Virus record (IMG/VR): IMGVR_UViG_3300042869_000273
DNA length: 64,000 nt
Origin: an uncultured virus (IMG/VR IMGVR_UViG_3300042869_000273)
Lineage: Duplodnaviria > Heunggongvirae > Uroviricota > Caudoviricetes
Strand: one strand, 5' to 3'
Shown: piece after piece, positions 37,501 through 47,900 of the stretch
Layout of the letters: every line of letters starts with the position of its first letter
How positions within the stretch are numbered: the stretch's first letter is position 1
The notes under the pieces: model-generated
The model's database searches: none
The model's input: only the letters and a program-made list of their open reading frames with translations
What the model was told of the DNA's origin: nothing
Translations under genes and position numbers: made by a program

Positions 37501-37911
37501 TCTAGCACCATAACCAGAACCTGCAGTTGTTATCTGCCCGAGACTGAAACAATATACTTCAGGGATATCATCTGGTACTGGGAGATAATTTGTATTTACT
37601 GCTGCATATATGTAAATACTTTGATTACCTGAATAAAATGGATTTGTTACATTATAAGCTTTGTTATATATAGTATCAGATGGCAATGAAATATAAAATA
37701 CTCCATTAGTTACATTTGGAGGACTATATGTAATACGATAAACAGAATAATTTCTGGTAACATTATCACCATGTGTATAAGAAAACGCTGGAATCTCAGA
37801 GGATATTTCTGCAGCAGCAAAACTAGCCCTTCCGACAAACCAGGGTTTTACAATTTCATTGTCAATAACTAATTCAGAAGAATCATTAAAAAATTTAAAA
37901 CCATAACTCAT
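31567..37911 (-). CDS. 2114-aa virion protein with ~15 tandem Calx-beta/Ig-like repeats
   Basis: ~110-aa repeats V.EG...YY..TGT.IT..D...AD..TEG.E...TFYSD...IGN...W.I.DTS. Confidence 0.75.
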   Translation of the reverse strand: MSYGFKFFNDSSELVIDNEIVKPWFVGRASFAAAEISSEIPAFSYTHGDNVTRNYSVYRITYSPPNVTNGVFYISLPSDTIYNKAYNVTNPFYSGNQSIYIYAAVNTNYLPVPDDIPEVYCFSLGQITTAGSGYGARLFNSSDQCVFDTTKSHLKIEPISSINFDAFVQPNGGQEYIIPAVDYPAYFLPNLDVNKLTYLDSSYFKRERYLSFFNQSGGYLSSWMPRITEEVKSGNLGFTGSRFFNASTRSSSIKSILPDSIDHNPLYINALTHSPGYIGGTFPAASYTLILSTNTAQEQEGNLAVIQCDVTTVNVPTGRQLRYTLSGTGVTASDFNDGLTGTFTISNSTSRFFLVVSSDNIFEQTETVTVTITNIDGTALVGTAQQFSLKNTKFYNLSTFPANVTSINEGEYVAVTLNTLESSTSPRVVNYTLSQVPSSVGATDQPFDANDWLDTVTLGSGATVVANRFTLPANTTTPGASIVFRAKNDFRVDGPKKLRLSIDDNPAIFVEFTVNDTSLEYSWSISGPNTINEGIEYTYDVTTSAPTGTRAIIGLTAITGASEDDIAQINGINYVSGDTYYVNTTSGLGSFTLKFKADLKTEGDESFTIFLDKDMPIPRTRLADLGFNVSLKDTSLTPINWSFSKVTGNPTTALVREGTNMVVRIQSTNVPTYPYTIYYRIAPGNGTLDTDTNFTTGSVIAFNVTSVDQQVLFQIKEDNITEGTETFQITFYRDAAGTDIITGLEWQIIDAISVERSLGFVVEGQTQTLTIKPNYLSYPYTVYGEITGGNANLTSADFISGTLLTETVLNNDNPVTLTFTGVEDYTVEGLFGEVVFFDMYSDPARTVPIGNSISWTMGDPQYVFSRSFASVNEGSNQVITISTNAVLPKILYGKMTGTNITSSDFSSPPNSTTFEWNITATGQTIGLTMAPDLTTETNPELVTLTFYHDTSFTNQAGNTVTWDIADTSKTPPPSWSFVRDPNTATVDEGVSVTVTANSSFIPSYTNLSIYYKITGTGITTEDFNLNALQGSWVIEDSSEEITFLIQADQLTEGTDSLVITFYSDSNYTTTIGNQLSFSIGDTSKTTWTFARIPATGTIDEGQPISFTATPSNPLAPNITIYYWLNGTNITTGDFTSASLEGSFNSNTGLILTMREDLFTEPFAEVAGITFYSDSNRTITIGNPLSWNIGDTSKTPPSYSLSVSETSVDEGSNFSFTIDSANVLTYPFTAYYKLSGTGITVDDTSFDPILGSVNVPGPSVSFDIDVTADQYTEGNETLTFTIYSDSNRTIQLGSPVSIVLADASKTTWSFARIPATGSINETGTNKSIAFTATPSNPAQAPITVYYWLKSVTGTILDGDFDPAGTLGSFTSNTGLTITMAADTATEGPETVEISFYSNSTRSIQIGNTLVWDVNDTSLNAPYYSVEFSSPNISNNSVNEGLAIDFSVSSSYIPLYPVTIYYKLTGTGITALDTNYALSGPIVLTSAFTSYAVNILADQLTENSETLTVSIYSDAALTTQIGNTASVILNDTSKTTWSFTRSPATGSIPEGQFISFFAQPSNASSSAITVYYGITGILASDLSSGSLTGSFNSADGKDILIYADTFTDGSNETATITFYSDSNRTVQIGNTLSWVIEDTSKSPPSYRISLYDTDETYTSTLDEGYPTWIRIQSADIPSYPQKVYYRALGTGVNTSDTDLVTTNTTGGIDGEFDLLSSNFIKVFSPLSDQLTENTETLVFKFYTLPTRLPANQIKFGPTVYDPETGLVGPLSKLTLTVNDISQTTWSFTRAPIDPVKIKETGTPSSIQISATPSNPAQSPVVFYYTIIGIEASDLTSGSLTGSFVSSAGPSIAMAADSKTEGDETAVISFYKDAAKTVSAGNSLSWVIDDTSVGAPTYSWTASPFTVDEGANVTISWSFGNIPDSMLPFTIYWQISGTNITANDTAEQALQGSFTIPARTGSFTLGMTADLFTEGTETVTGTFYTNAARTIQAGNSVTWNIADTSKTPYVPPVVYELYLDYPTTRATTIPRNAYYWFRVDLNKYNDTGSDITIVTEYRFDNTGAWTTYETLTIPPFYTGKTTTMALNNNTGPLLNLNTRARSTTAGINGMPTANLSF

Positions 37912-38261
37912 TTTAGTAGTACCAATATTTTAGTTGGCTTCTTTTCAAAACCATGGGTTGCAATAGTAGGAGAAAAGTCTGGGTTAACGGACCAATAACT
38001 AAGTTGTGGGTAGTTACCAATAGTAGCTCCAGGAGTTCCAGGACCATCCCAAGGTCCAAAAACCTTATATAAATAGTCCCCAGAAATTAAAGGTACAACT
38101 GTTAGTCTTCTACCCACATGTTGTGGATAAGTGATTATAGTTGGGTTACTAGAAATTGCACTTGTTGAAAGGTCTAACATACCAATAGGTATTCCACCGT
38201 AACTAGTAGAATCAAATTCTATTCCACCAGACTCATTATATGTTCTCATTCCATATGCCAT
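37908..38261 (-). CDS. tail-associated hypothetical protein
   Basis: MAYGMRTYNESG.IEFDS, like the YG...F repeats at the start of the next gene. Confidence 0.6.
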   Translation of the reverse strand: MAYGMRTYNESGGIEFDSTSYGGIPIGMLDLSTSAISSNPTIITYPQHVGRRLTVVPLISGDYLYKVFGPWDGPGTPGATIGNYPQLSYWSVNPDFSPTIATHGFEKKPTKILVLLK

Positions 38262-38277
38262 ACTTTTCTCCTAAATT

Positions 38278-41200
38278 TTAAATTGCTAAGTTACCTATAA
38301 TAACCCTAGGTAAACTACTACTTGATCCATAAACTAATATTTGGCTATCAGTTAACAATATTCTATTGGCTCCAGATGTATTACCGATTGCTAAAGCTGA
38401 AGTAGAAATAGTACCAGTTACTACCGCACTACCATCTACATATAATGCAACTTCACCCCAACCACTTCCATTGTACAAATATGTTTTAGAATATTTTGCA
38501 GATTGATTGAATAAAGTAACCCTATCCCCAGCTCTAGGGGTTTGATTATCTATAGGTGATGTTTCTGTTACAGGGTATGCATTGGTTAAAGCAGCTTGAC
38601 ATGCAGTCGCAATTGTAGCAGGACTTGCAGATGAGTCAAAAGCTACAGCCCAAGTTAATACAGCAATACCTCTTAAGCCCTTTTTACCCTCGTCGCCTTT
38701 ACTACCTTTTGCAGTTTGCAATAGGGGTACAGTTTGTGAGTCAACTTGTGAGTTAGTACCACTTAAATACAATACACCTCTTACAAATTTTGTAGTTAGA
38801 GGTACAGTACTGCTATTTACTGGTATAGATTTAGAATTAGTAGGATCACTTGCAGCGCTAATAGTTGTCCATGAACTACCATCTGCACTTCCTTGGATCT
38901 CAATTTTACCAGCATAATTAGCATAAGCACTATTACCAGATTTTACTTCAGCATTAAAGGTTAAACTAGTAGGTGAATAGGTTAGCAATGTAGTATCATA
39001 TATTAAGCTATTAGCACTAGGTGATATCTTGTAAATAGAACTAGATTTCATTTTAGTTAATGAAAATACCTTTTTAGCAACTTCAACTCCATCTACTTTA
39101 GCTATATATGTTACTGAAGCCACATTAACAGAAGGAGAACTACTAATTCCTGAAGTAATTTCATACATTCCAAGGGAGTTTGGGGCTGCAGGAGGAGTAT
39201 CAAATCCAGTGCTAGTGTCATAATGATAAGTTACACCAGTAGCTGCTACGCCATCTTTAGTTACTAAGAATTGACCTTTAGCCTCTTGATAAGAGGTCAC
39301 TACACCTGTTTCATTTGAAGGTAAACCTTGGCTATCATTAGTGAGCCAACCAGTATAAGGTGTTACTCCATCTATTCCATCTTTACCATCAACACTCTTG
39401 TTAACAATTAATTCTTTTCTACCTATAATAGTAGCACCTAATTTAGCAATAAATGTTGCTTTACCTACATCTGCAGTAATATTTGTAACTTTTACAAGAC
39501 CAGTGTATTCTCCAATTTCAACTGAAAGATTTGTTGGGGTAATAGCAGGATCTATATAAAAAGTTAAACCAGAAGTTATGTAAGAGGCACCTCTAGCAAC
39601 TTGCATATTAGTAAAAAATGGTAGTTGATTACTTGGAGATAAGACTCCAGCTGCGGTATAACGAATAGTTTTATTTTCATTTGTGAGTGTAGCATTGTAG
39701 CTATCATCTCCATCTTTAATAGAAAATACAGTTATTTGATCGTATACATTTATAGTAGCATCTGTAGATGAAGTTACAACTACCTTGACTAATTTTGGTT
39801 GACCAATATATCTTGTTAAGGAATAAGTAGATGTTGTACCAACTGGAACTACTTGTTGTCCATCTACAAACCAAGTGTATCTAGCAGAAGTTACACCTTC
39901 AGCAACAGCAGTAAAAGTAATCGTATTAGGGAAAACATCAGTTAATGCTGTTGTATTTTTTGGTTGTACAAACGCAATACCATCAGAGGTAAGATTTACT
40001 ACAGGAGCATCCAATCCATCAGCGCCATCAGCGGCTTTATTAATTACAATCTTTTTCTCATGAATAGAACCGTCAGATGCAACTACAGCTCTAACTGTTG
40101 CGTACCCAACTCTAGACGTAAGAGGTCCTGTGAAACTATTTACAGTTACTACACCTGTGCTAGGATCTACTGTTGCATCTATATTAATATTTGAACCAGA
40201 GACAATAGAAAACAATACTGTATTTGTATTAGGGGGAGTTGTAACAGTGTTAGCAATTCCAGCACTACCACGAAATAACAACGGAGTCATTATAAGAGAT
40301 AGGAAGTCAGGAAGTATTGCTCCTGTAGGATCACAACCAATTGTTCTATTAGCATCTACATAGTCAAAATTATATGCACTACTACCATCTTTAACACTAT
40401 AAATTGTAACATTATCAAAACGTCTAATTCCTGAGTCAGCAGCTTCATAAACTTCTACATTAATATTTCTAGTTTCTCCACTAGGAAATGCAGCTAAAGT
40501 TATCATACTAGTTGTAAGAGTTACACCAGCGGGAGTAGCGCCATCAACTTCCCATACATAACGGGGGTCATCAAACGCTTCCTCTCTAGCATACACATTG
40601 ATTGAAGCTTGATCTGGGGTATTAGAGTTAGCAGGATAAACAAAACCTAATCTATCAGGGTCTAATGTAACAATCCTAGTAGCTGCAGCAGTAGACTTAG
40701 CTATTCTTAATGTAATACTTAATGTTAAGCTTGCAGCTGTGATAGTAGCATCAATATCTACTCTAGCATATGGATCTGCCACTGCAGTAACTGTGAATAT
40801 ACCATTTGTAGTTGTATTACTTTGTAGTGTACAACCAACTGGATTTAATGTATATACGATACCTTCTGTAACAGGAGTAGCTCCTTTATAAACATCAATA
40901 TTTATAGATTGAGGTAACTGGCCTGCTTCTGGTACTCCATTTGAATCACAAGTTAAATTTAAGGCTGCTTCAGATAAACCGATAGCATAAGAGTCAGAAC
41001 CTGCATTAATATAATAGACTGTTTCAAAGTCCTCTAAGAATGTAGTAGTTATTCCTTCAGTTACTCTAACTTTAATATCTTTAGTTGGGACATCAATAAA
41101 ACTAGGTACACTAAATGTAGCTGATGTTTGGCCAGCTTGTAAAACCTCGTTAATATACCATTTATAAGTAGGAGCATCAAATCCAGTTACATTTACTGAA

Positions 41201-43749
41201 AATAAAATTGCTGTTGGAGCAACTACGCTACTATTAGCTTGCTTCACAAAAGCTCTTCCACTAGCCTTTAATTTAACTGATTTACCTGAGAATGCAGTAG
41301 CAAAAATTGGTGAGACTACATTAGTTACAGCAATATCAGATAGTTTACCACCCTTACTTATTGCTCTTACACCAAATATTGTTTGATCTAACGTTAATGG
41401 AGGTAATATATATTGAGTATCTGTTGTACGACCTAATTCAGTCCAGATCACCTCTCCTCCGCCTGTAACATTACCAGGGAAATGATAGTATGTGATATAA
41501 CAATCTAGTTGAGATTCATCAGGTACTTTAGTCCATTCTAATCTTCCTGAAGAATTTAAAATTTGAGCTGTTTGTGCTATGTAAATTAAATTAGAGGGTT
41601 TACCAAATTCAAAGGAGTAAACATTAATTGCTTTGATATACTCGTTATCATCTACATTCCATGCCAATTGTGTATAATCAAACCTAGTAGCATTTACTTC
41701 ACATACTGCTTCATCCGTAATTTTTACTTCATTAACTCTTAAATATAAATCAATATCAACACCTAGTTTAAGTGTTTGACTAGATAACTTAATAAAATCA
41801 CCTGGCTCTAAGAACTTATCTTTAATTACATATTTAAATCTTATTCCAAATGCTGTCCTACTTGTTCTTACAAGTTCTTCTGCTTTAGCTAATGCATGGT
41901 AATAGTCTGTAATACCATCAGCAAATATATCAGTCTCTAAGTCTAAATCATTATCTTCTAGTTTCATAGCAGTATAAACTGCATTATTATTATTAATAGA
42001 TACTAGGCTAGTGTAATTATCAGATCTAGTAGTCCAATGTACAAATGAACCTTTAGATAATTTTCCAGCAATTCCTTTTCCACTTCCACCAGAATCCTGA
42101 GCAGTTAGTCTAATTCTGTATTCAGTATCCTTAGTTAAGCTTACTGTACCTGTGGTAATAGCTTTCCAATCTGTAGCAGAGCCTGAGTATAGTACTGTAC
42201 CCGTAGTAGTAGCTATAGAAGCAGTTGCAGAATTATCTCCTGTAAATTCAAATGTATATGAACCTGTTTCTTTTACAAAGAATTTCCATGTTTGATCAAA
42301 AGAACTTGCAGTGCTCGACCATACGGAATATTTCTTAAGCAAAACACCACCTACACTATCATCCCAAGCATCATCTACAGAGTCTGGGTATTTAAATCCG
42401 CCCACACCCCTTAATGAAACACCAGATTCTTTTGGAGGCCAAGATACTGTATCTTCCTTAAAGTTTTCAGATTCATTATGAAATCTTACTGTACAAAAGT
42501 TTAATCTTTCACTTGAGCTAGGCCAATTAATACTTACATTATCATCAATAACTAAATCATCATCTGTTAATGTATTTGCAACTACAATATTACTATTACT
42601 TGTTGGATATTGTAAACTTAATTTATATTTACCACCAGACCAAATAAGTCTTGCGTCACCCATTGTTGACAAGATAGATTCAACATTTTCTCTTAATGGC
42701 TTCTGTGTATCAATAATTGCATTACATTCATAGAGTCTAATAGCTCTAGTATTACCTGTAGTAACTCCTTCAGCACCTAAAGGGTTAAATGTTGGCTTGT
42801 ATATCTTTCCACCTATAGATGCATTTGGTAACACAGTAGTATTACAAATTAATTTAGCATTATAGAATGATTCTAAATCAATTAAACTAGTATCTAATCC
42901 TTTTCCAGCAGTATCGTCTAATAAATAATCTAGCAAACATAATGCTGGATTATTAGAATAAGATCTAGTTGTGGCTACTGAATAGGTATAACTGCCTACA
43001 CTACCAGCTCTAGTAATATCTTTGACTTTTTTACCTTCAAGGAAAAATTGTAAAGTGGGTACACCATTAAGTGCTGGATCATCTCTATCTAGTTTAATAC
43101 AGACAGAAGCATAAGCCAATCCAACTTGATCTTTAATCTGCGTAAATACTGAGCTTACTCTTTCTGGATTATTTGCAGACATCACAGAATCAGCCACTGG
43201 CAAATCACCGTAATGGATATCAACTCTAAGCCCTGACTTAACAGTATTAGATGTAAAATATTGATAGTTTGGATCTTGTTCAGTTCCAGTATTAGTACTT
43301 GTAGTTGTTGTTTGAGTAGTTGATAGATCAGGATCATCTAAGTATCTTGATTCATCTACTACAATGTCATAGACTCCATTAATTGGACCTTGACACATTG
43401 CTTGCTGGAAAAATAAAAATTCGTTTGCTCTACCTTCTACATTAGTATCAAATCCTGGAGTTAAAAATATTTTATCAGAATTAGGAGTAGCTATAACAAA
43501 GTTATTAGAAGTATTATGGTAAGATCTAACTCCACCAACTTTAGCTCTTCCATATACTACTGGAAGTGTAACCCCTTCACCTTCTACAACTAACTCATAC
43601 CCTTTTCTTGCATCAGCAGCTGCCTGAGCAGCTTTCTTCATTTTTCTAGCTTGAATTATTTGATAAGCTATTGAGGCTAGTGTAATAGCCATCTGAGCAG
43701 TAAGCACTACTCCTGCTACAATTGTTATAGCCATTATTTCTTCCCCCAT
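38278..43749 (-). CDS. tail tip / central fibre (host-specificity J-like) protein
   Basis: LPVVYGRAKVGG, YSNNPALCLLDYL, LEPGD, Ig-like C-terminal region, PRVIIGNL end. Confidence 0.8.
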   Translation of the reverse strand: MGEEIMAITIVAGVVLTAQMAITLASIAYQIIQARKMKKAAQAAADARKGYELVVEGEGVTLPVVYGRAKVGGVRSYHNTSNNFVIATPNSDKIFLTPGFDTNVEGRANEFLFFQQAMCQGPINGVYDIVVDESRYLDDPDLSTTQTTTTSTNTGTEQDPNYQYFTSNTVKSGLRVDIHYGDLPVADSVMSANNPERVSSVFTQIKDQVGLAYASVCIKLDRDDPALNGVPTLQFFLEGKKVKDITRAGSVGSYTYSVATTRSYSNNPALCLLDYLLDDTAGKGLDTSLIDLESFYNAKLICNTTVLPNASIGGKIYKPTFNPLGAEGVTTGNTRAIRLYECNAIIDTQKPLRENVESILSTMGDARLIWSGGKYKLSLQYPTSNSNIVVANTLTDDDLVIDDNVSINWPSSSERLNFCTVRFHNESENFKEDTVSWPPKESGVSLRGVGGFKYPDSVDDAWDDSVGGVLLKKYSVWSSTASSFDQTWKFFVKETGSYTFEFTGDNSATASIATTTGTVLYSGSATDWKAITTGTVSLTKDTEYRIRLTAQDSGGSGKGIAGKLSKGSFVHWTTRSDNYTSLVSINNNNAVYTAMKLEDNDLDLETDIFADGITDYYHALAKAEELVRTSRTAFGIRFKYVIKDKFLEPGDFIKLSSQTLKLGVDIDLYLRVNEVKITDEAVCEVNATRFDYTQLAWNVDDNEYIKAINVYSFEFGKPSNLIYIAQTAQILNSSGRLEWTKVPDESQLDCYITYYHFPGNVTGGGEVIWTELGRTTDTQYILPPLTLDQTIFGVRAISKGGKLSDIAVTNVVSPIFATAFSGKSVKLKASGRAFVKQANSSVVAPTAILFSVNVTGFDAPTYKWYINEVLQAGQTSATFSVPSFIDVPTKDIKVRVTEGITTTFLEDFETVYYINAGSDSYAIGLSEAALNLTCDSNGVPEAGQLPQSINIDVYKGATPVTEGIVYTLNPVGCTLQSNTTTNGIFTVTAVADPYARVDIDATITAASLTLSITLRIAKSTAAATRIVTLDPDRLGFVYPANSNTPDQASINVYAREEAFDDPRYVWEVDGATPAGVTLTTSMITLAAFPSGETRNINVEVYEAADSGIRRFDNVTIYSVKDGSSAYNFDYVDANRTIGCDPTGAILPDFLSLIMTPLLFRGSAGIANTVTTPPNTNTVLFSIVSGSNINIDATVDPSTGVVTVNSFTGPLTSRVGYATVRAVVASDGSIHEKKIVINKAADGADGLDAPVVNLTSDGIAFVQPKNTTALTDVFPNTITFTAVAEGVTSARYTWFVDGQQVVPVGTTSTYSLTRYIGQPKLVKVVVTSSTDATINVYDQITVFSIKDGDDSYNATLTNENKTIRYTAAGVLSPSNQLPFFTNMQVARGASYITSGLTFYIDPAITPTNLSVEIGEYTGLVKVTNITADVGKATFIAKLGATIIGRKELIVNKSVDGKDGIDGVTPYTGWLTNDSQGLPSNETGVVTSYQEAKGQFLVTKDGVAATGVTYHYDTSTGFDTPPAAPNSLGMYEITSGISSSPSVNVASVTYIAKVDGVEVAKKVFSLTKMKSSSIYKISPSANSLIYDTTLLTYSPTSLTFNAEVKSGNSAYANYAGKIEIQGSADGSSWTTISAASDPTNSKSIPVNSSTVPLTTKFVRGVLYLSGTNSQVDSQTVPLLQTAKGSKGDEGKKGLRGIAVLTWAVAFDSSASPATIATACQAALTNAYPVTETSPIDNQTPRAGDRVTLFNQSAKYSKTYLYNGSGWGEVALYVDGSAVVTGTISTSALAIGNTSGANRILLTDSQILVYGSSSSLPRVIIGNLAI

Positions 43750-44330
43750 TTAAGCTGTAGCACACCTGATCCCTCATAGATTTGATCAAATGAGGTATCA
43801 GAAGAATCTCTACCAAAGGTAGCATCTTTAGTTGTGTAAAAAGATTTAGTTAAATCAAGATCATTCATAGGACTAGAGCAACTAACATTTAATAAAACTT
43901 CACCTGTAACACTAGTATTTATACTATATTCGGTACTATCTATTTTTCCACGATATACAGTTAATAGATTAGCAATATCTAGCTCAGGAAGTTTAGTAGT
44001 TTGATTTACAAAACCTACCTTAACATCTACAAGTTTGCCGATTAAACCTGAATCTACACTTGCACCAAATGTAAATGTAGGATCTGCAAAGCTTATTTTA
44101 AATAACTCTCTATCTACGGTAGAAGACAATCTTGGACTGTCAACTTGTACTAGTTTGCCATCATTATAATATGTAGTAACTGGTACAGAATTATTTGTTA
44201 TAACTACATCCCTATAATATGTAGTTGATCGATATGTTGTACCTGAAGACACATATACCTCAACTAAATAAAATGCCTCAATAGTTGGTTGAGACAGTAT
44301 ATTTCTAACTGTTGTACTAAATTGAATCAT
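43734..44330 (-). CDS. tail hub/minor tail protein
   Basis: Position after the distal tail gene; YRGKID, D..FD...WGK. Confidence 0.65.
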   Translation of the reverse strand: MIQFSTTVRNILSQPTIEAFYLVEVYVSSGTTYRSTTYYRDVVITNNSVPVTTYYNDGKLVQVDSPRLSSTVDRELFKISFADPTFTFGASVDSGLIGKLVDVKVGFVNQTTKLPELDIANLLTVYRGKIDSTEYSINTSVTGEVLLNVSCSSPMNDLDLTKSFYTTKDATFGRDSSDTSFDQIYEGSGVLQLKWGKK

Positions 44331-44926
44331 AACTTCTCCAATAACCTTATCTGCCCAGTATCCATTAGGATACCATCACTATAAATCATACCTGATACTA
44401 TATTAGTATCGTATAAACATTGCATCTGAACATCATCTCTATAAGTCATTGTTCCTGATGCGGCAGCAATTAACGTAGGAAAAATACTAATAGTACTTGA
44501 TATACCATTAGTAAATGAAACGTTTGTTGTTGTCATATAAACTTTAGAATGACTTGAAAATTTTATAAAAGTACCTTTTGGAATTAAACCAGATAAACCA
44601 GATATACTTACTTGTCCAGAACCAATACTTCCAGTTGCTGTAGCAACACCGATAGCTGTTCTAGATCTTACTGCTCCATAGTTTTGGGGTACAATAATTG
44701 TAACTGCCTCAGAATACCCTTTAGTCACTAAATTAACCATTAAGTCTTGAGCATCATTCATTAGAGGTTCGAGGCCAGCGTCGATTTCCCAACGCTGCGC
44801 ACTCCTACGACTAATGAATCTCTTTAGCGAAAGGGTATCTGAAACGAAGACTGGTTGGTTACTTCTTACAGTCAATGGTGCTGTAAAACGAGCAATCACC
44901 TCTCCATTTTCATAGATACCATACAT
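44327..44926 (-). CDS. distal tail protein
   Basis: Directly after tape measure; QRW, G.FIKF..H.KVY, I.IFP.L. Confidence 0.65.
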   Translation of the reverse strand: MYGIYENGEVIARFTAPLTVRSNQPVFVSDTLSLKRFISRRSAQRWEIDAGLEPLMNDAQDLMVNLVTKGYSEAVTIIVPQNYGAVRSRTAIGVATATGSIGSGQVSISGLSGLIPKGTFIKFSSHSKVYMTTTNVSFTNGISSTISIFPTLIAAASGTMTYRDDVQMQCLYDTNIVSGMIYSDGILMDTGQIRLLEKL

Positions 44927-44930
44927 AATA

Positions 44931-47900
44931 TTACCTTAAACCTTTCTCTCTATTGTGGGAGTTAACCCCCTCAGCAATAGATGGGAGCATTTTATAAATT
45001 TCTGATTTTGTTTGACGACTAATATCACCTGTGATATTTACATTAACTACCTGTTGACTTTGATTTGTCATAGCAGCTGCTACTCTAGCTTGTTGAGCTT
45101 CATTTAATACAATCTCACCTGCATGAGCAAGAACTGGAGTGGCACTACCCATAGCCCCTGGAATAACACCGCCATCTGCAAAGCCAGGCATACCTAGTAC
45201 TGATGCAATATTACCACCACTAGTAAATAAACTACCAAAAGAAGTTAAACCTTTGCTAAATAATTGGCTAGCACCACTAAATAGATTACCAAATATTCCA
45301 CCAGAAGAACCACCAGTAAGACTATTTAAATCTTTTACTCCTGGTACTTCTTTAGTATATAAAGGTTTTAGCGGAGAAGTTCCAGCCTTATTACCACCTA
45401 GTAAACCAGTTATACCTCCAAGAGAAAATAAGCTTTCATCAACAGGAGGTGCTTGTACATCTTCAACTTTTGGTTTATCAATCAGTCCACCAAGCCTTGT
45501 TCCAAATTCAGTAGGTGCGGCAAACAATTCTAGGAAATTAGAAGTACTAAATATTTCATCTGTTAAACTTTTAGCAAAAGAATCAACAACTCGAGATGTA
45601 AATTGGTCTGCTAGGTAAGTACCAAATTCTTTGCCTGTCTTTTTACCTTTAAGAAATTCAGAAAATCCAGATTTAAAATCTTCAATATAAGCTCTAGATT
45701 GTTCAGTTCCTTCAGTAATAGATTTAGCTGAGAAGTTACCACCTTTAATATTAGTAGATACTTCAGGTGCAATTTTAACTATCTCTCCTTTAAGTCTATC
45801 CGTAATTTCTTTAACTTGGGCATCAATAGGGCCCTGCTCATCACCTCGATCTTGTTGACCTTGCAATACACGCAGTTGTCTAAAAGTATTTGCAATAACT
45901 TTAGTAACATCACTATTTGAACTTAATTTTGATTTTAATTGAGTATCAAGATCTTTAGGTTGTAAGTCTTTAGTCTCAGGTATTAAGGCTAGTGTTAACT
46001 CTTTTAATGTAGTAAACTCACTACTTGAAAGACCTTTAACCCCTCTATTAAATCCAGAAGGTTTTAGTTTATTATTGTAAAAATCTTCTAATTCTTTAAT
46101 AGCGTCTGGTTTTTCTAAAGATTCTTTTAAAGTACCAATAGGTGCATTTTTAAATCCTAGTCTTGTAACAAAGTCAGCTGTTTCTATTGTAGCTAGGGAG
46201 GATTTAAGTGATTTTGCTAAAGCATCTGTATTTTTAGATAGTGATAAATTACTATCTTTTATATCAGATATTGTATTTAAAAAATCTGTTAAATCAAGCT
46301 TTACTTTAACATTACCAACAGTTAATTCTTGAACCTGTTTCTTAGGATCAATTTGAGAAAATACTTCTCCAATTGGACCCTTGGTTCCACCAGCAAATCC
46401 TGGCAAGACTCCACTGTTCATTGATTGTAGTAGTGGTAGATGTTCTTTAGTTGCCTTAGCATTAACTACGAATTCACCATTAGATAACCTAGCAAGAATA
46501 GAATCGGATTTACCAGTTCCTTCCCCAATTATTTGACCACCATTTGCAAATGCTTTTGTGTAGTTAAGCCTTAAACCATTTTTAGATACTTTTGCTCTTA
46601 GCTTACCACCCGCTAAATCAAAACTTGCACCCTCTAGTGCACCTTTAGATATGGCTTGGCTAGTACTAATATAATCTTGATTTTCTCCAAAATAATTTGA
46701 AACATCAGCCTTAACAGAATTCTTTAAATAAGTTATTAATTGTTTATTTAATTCTGCCGATTTTACTATTTGTTGTTCACCAGGAGTTAACTCTTTTGCA
46801 AAATTTCTATTAGTTATAAAGTTATTACCTTTAAAGTCAGCAATCTTTAATCCATAATTTTCTGGAGGACTGTTAATAGGTTCTTCAGTACCTTCTGCAT
46901 ATTTAGGTAATCCTAAAATTCTACCAATAATAGTTTTAGCTTTATACTTAGACTGGGCTTCCTGTAATAAAGCCATTGGGTCACCTGCATCAATAAGTGC
47001 TGGTTTACCAATTTTATTTGATATTGCAGATTGGATTTTATCTTTTCTTATACTAAGATTATTACCGCCACCTATATCCGAATTTTGTAATCTAGAAAGT
47101 AATGCATCAATTTCACTATTAGAGGCTTGAGGTAATTTATCCATTAGTAAAACATTATCTGTTTTGCTAGATACACTTGTAAAGCTTTTAAATAGTCTAT
47201 CAAAGATATTTTCATTATCTTTCTTAATTGTATCTAATTTTTCTTTACTAGGTAATTGTTGGTTCTCATCTAATATTTTATTAGAGATTGCATTACGGAA
47301 TAAATCAGCTTCTCTTGATCTTCTACCTTTGTATTCACTGTATTTAGCCCACACGTCGTAATAATGTGCAGCCTGTTTATAGTCACCTTTTGCAGCAGCA
47401 GTAGCAGCTAATTTACTATTTCCTCTAGTAATGTTTCCTGTTTGGAATAAAGTAGATACTAACGCAGTTCTTACTGGTTTTGGCAATGATTCAAAGGATT
47501 GACCATTAACACTTGATGAAATATTCTTGAACTGATTTTTAGTTAAATTGATATAGTAATCAACTGATCTTTGCTCTATTAACGCAGCCTCAGCATCTGA
47601 AATGCTTAATGGTTTATTAAGTAATGCATTAACAGCTGATTTTCTTTTCTTACCAATATAAGGTTTTAACTTAGTAACCAAATTATTTGGAATACCCATA
47701 TCAGATAAGCTAGTTAAACTCTGTTGCCCTAGATCAAGACCCGTAGCAATAGTTACACCCGATACACCTTTAGGTGGCACATAACCATATGTCTTTGGTA
47801 ATGCTGATGGTCCATTTTCTTCTCTTCTTAAGAAATCTAAATCAATTAATCCACCAGAATTAAAACCTGGAAGGCCACTATTTAACTTTTGAAGTAATGG

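Noticed and set aside
21260..43749. Diversity-generating retroelement or invertible fibre cassette
   Set aside because: No reverse transcriptase or recombinase in the window, and no template/variable repeat pair noticed
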